The position numbers and the translations under genes were made by a program. From Geosiphon pyriformis uo1 (taxonomy: Eukaryota; Fungi; Glomeromycota): a stretch of 64,000 nt of DNA. The stretch covers positions 480,924-544,923 of the forward strand of contig JAAOMT010000514.1 of assembly GCA_016748015.1 (NCBI GenBank), read 5' to 3'. A model generated the notes under the pieces. It did not search any database, had not been told where the DNA came from, and saw only the letters and a program-made list of their open reading frames with translations. Every line of letters begins with the position of its first letter. Position 1 is the stretch's first letter. This document shows, one piece after another, positions 61,019 to 64,000 of this stretch.

Positions 61019-64000
61019 GTGGTGACCACACCAGACACAACAACTCTAGAGTATTACCAATCAATTTACACCCACTGCAAGCAAAGATTCAACATTCCAG
61101 ACGGAATTGAAATTGTCAAGAAATCAGTATACCAATACATTGAAAACTGCATCAACAATTATCTTTTTGGAAATTACAATATCTCAGAAGTTAGAAGCAA
61201 CTTTTACAATAATTTAGTACACTATTCACAGTTGGAAACTGAAGACCTTAACAGTGAAACACTTGCCACTTACTTTCAAGAATTAAATTTTAACATTATC
61301 AAGTACTGTGAAGAAACATATCCAGTGCAGTTTCAATACTCTATTGATTTTAAATTAGAGACAAAAACAAGCAACAAAGGCAAACAAAAATTGAAGCAAT
61401 ACTCAAAAACCACCCCAAATACCCCAATACTACCAAAAACAACTGCCAAACACTTACAAACACCTGAACAAGGAACCAGTTCAAAACTTCCACTTACTAT
61501 CACACTTTTTCCAGCTTCACTTACACAAGCACAAACACCTAATTTACCCTTAAATCGATTTGCAAGACTAGAAGATTTTACATCACCCAGAAGTTCCACC
61601 AGACAACAAAAACCCCTTCAAACTAGTTCCAATCTCCTTGACTTTCTAGCTGAAAATCAAAGTGAACACTCTGAGATAACAGCAAATGAAGAAAACGACT
61701 CTGAAATATCTGAAGAAGAATCAATAGACAGTGAAAATGAAGAAAATAAAATGACAGCATACATTGCAAAAATCCCTGAATTCAATGGAGAAGACATTGA
61801 AACCAGTCCCCAAGAATGGCTCGACCAAGTTACTAAAGCTGGAGATGCAAATGGATAGAATACTGCCAGAATGTTAAGAACAATTCCTTACTTTCTCAAA
61901 GGAACAGCAGGCGAATGGTTTGAAAACTTGACCACCCCTTTTAATGACTGGACAGCTTTCAAAACTGCCTTCTTAGAACAATTCACCAATAATAACACCT
62001 TAATCACTCTTCGAAATTGTTTTTGCAATATCAAACAAGAACTCTCTGAATCTGTTATGACTTATATTGGGAAATTCAACAAACTTCTCAGACAAATTTG
62101 CCAACTTGAAACTAATGATTATTATTCTGATGCTTAAATTTTGGATCAATTTATCACTGGTTTAAAGGATAAACTAATTAAAAAGGTTTGCCCACATGTC
62201 CCAAAAGATTTAAACTCTGTCATTCAGCATGCAAAGAGATATGAAATGGCCATAGAAGAAGCCAATTGTACAAAACTTGTGAACTTAGCCATTGGAGAAA
62301 CCAGCTTAGCAGCTGAAGAGAAAATTGACCAACTTGCAAAAAAAGTTGAAAACTATTTTACCAACCAACAACAACAGCAACCCCAAAGATATCAACCACC
62401 CCAAAGACAGAATCAAAACAACTTCACATCACCCTCTAATAACCAGCCTCAGAGTTGCCATTACTATGGAATTCCTGGCCACTGGAAAAAAGATTGCAGA
62501 AAGCTACAACAAGACCAACAAAATAGGAGTAATCAACATTACCCTCCACCACAGCAATTTTATTATCAACCACCACCACCAGCTTACTATCCACAAAAAC
62601 CCCAATATCAAAGTAACTATTATCAGCCTGCCCTACAGCCAATCCAACAGCAATACCAACAACCATCCACTCAACATTATCAAGTGTCTGCTCAAAGATT
62701 AATCCTGCAAAATCAATTTACACCACAAAACTGATACCAAGTAAACAACAATAGAATCAATTCGAATAACCAATTAGTTCTCTGAAATCCAGCTTAGCCA
62801 AGACCCACCCATTATTATACTCAACCTAGCTATCTTATAATACCTAAAGAACAGAATTTTCACTATACTGCGCTCTCAGAAGGTAGAGCTGCAGCACGAC
62901 AACAAAACCCTTCCTATACTCCTACCACAATCTCACCAGCCAGAATTGCTGAAAACACTAACCTTTCAGACATATTTCCTTTTGAGTTTGAAGCAAATAA
63001 GTCACCATTCCTGCTTAGCAATGTGGCTGCCAACAAACAAAAAGCAATTACTGCTATGTACACTAAAGCAGAAGTCAAAGGAAAGACAATTTGCTTGATC
63101 CTAAACAGTGGATCTGCCAGAAGCATCATCACCTACCAGTTAATGCAACAGTTAAAAAGAAATGTTGACCGACTAGCTCAAACAGTAATTGTTACTGCTG
63201 ATGGCATGAAAAAGACTCCAGTAGAAGAAATTGACAATTTTCCATTCACTCTTGATGGAATCACCATTCCAGTTAAAGTTTTTGTAATGGATGTGCCCCA
63301 GTATCAAGCTCTTATTGGAAATAATTGGCTTCAAAAAGCCAATGCTAATCTGAATTGGGAGACACAAGAGTTAACAATCTCCTATCAAGGACAACACACC
63401 CAAATACCTGCCACTTGTGGTACATTCAACAAACGCTCTGAAAAAGCCCCAGCTTTTGAATTCAAACCGGAAGAAGAAAAGCCCATCATTAAAACATTTA
63501 TGGCACTTGGATCAACCTCCAATTGAGCCAATGAAACTGAACAACAGTACTTTTCAACAAATAATTCTTTTGAAACAAAAGAACCAGTGACAACCAGATG
63601 GAATGTCCCCTATTCAAAACCAGAACCACAAAAACAACGCCCCTACATTCCACTCAAATGCAAGAACTGCCACAAGAAACTCTCCTCAATGAAAGTCTGC
63701 ATTTCACCTGAAGAAGAATATGAAAATCATACTTGTTATTACTACAAGACTTGCCATAGAGAACAATGGGGCCATCTAATAAAAAGAAGTGGAAAATGGG
63801 ATAACACCTCTTGTTTGAATTGTAGAGATATGCTACCAGAAGAATGCAATTGGATTGATGTAGCAATGAGAGGAGAAGTCTGTGATCAGATCTGCCAATA
63901 TGCTTTATCAATTTCAGAAAAAGTAAAAAGAGAAACACCCTTTAATACAGCATACAACAGTGCTTTCAACAAACTTTATCATTACTCCTATAATACTGAG
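61019..64000 (+). pseudogene. G2 gag-pol 5' part (single frame with point-mutation stops)
   Basis: ORF pieces 61019-61858, 61871-62137, 62141-62734 and 63023-63526 share one frame. The stops derive from TGG, CAA and CGA. Confidence 0.85.

Larger units (their letters stand above)
59988..64000 (+). mobile_element. Ty3/Gypsy element G2 (youngest of the nest): 5' LTR 59988-60973, PBS, gag, protease, Cys-rich domain; continues past the window end
   Basis: LTR termini TGTTATCAG...CAGTAACA; PBS TGGTGCTCTTCCACGG at 60976. Gag AKIPEFNGED..PQEWL, IKQELSESV, LDQFITGL, knuckle CHYYGIPGHWKKDC. Protease LILNSGSARS...ALIGNNWL. Confidence 0.92.

Noticed and set aside
61859-62140. Stop-codon reassignment or programmed read-through to explain in-frame stops
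   Set aside because: All three stop types occur at varying W/Q/R positions in different copies, and host genes use the standard code; mutation explains them.

Overview
Eukaryotic genomic DNA with short GT-AG introns. The gene and repeat content points to an early-diverging fungus (Mucoromycota/Glomeromycotina); the repeat proteins resemble Geosiphon-type ones, but that assignment is inference. One CpG-normal gene island (~4.1-21.4 kb) holds three intact spliced genes: a ZNFX1-like SF1 helicase with NF-X1 and C-terminal RZ zinc fingers (minus strand), an AMT1/MTA1-clade MT-A70 DNA N6-adenine methyltransferase head-to-head with it (7 exons, DPPW, largely missed by the ORF track), and a WNK kinase. 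The rest is retrotransposon-derived and heavily C>T/G>A mutated. There are two near-full-length LINEs (APE-RT-RNase H), several 5'-truncated LINEs and an apparent ORF1-only (HAL1-like) element, all sharing a structured ~115-nt 3' UTR. A five-deep nest of Ty3/Gypsy elements follows (44.7-64 kb); the most complete one carries a dUTPase, an unnamed Cys-rich pol domain and an extra 3' ORF. At least some very AT-rich stretches are recognisable as end-stage mutated copies of the same repeats, suggesting a RIP-like, repeat-targeted mutator that is not restricted to CpG. Splice sites and element boundaries were read by eye.
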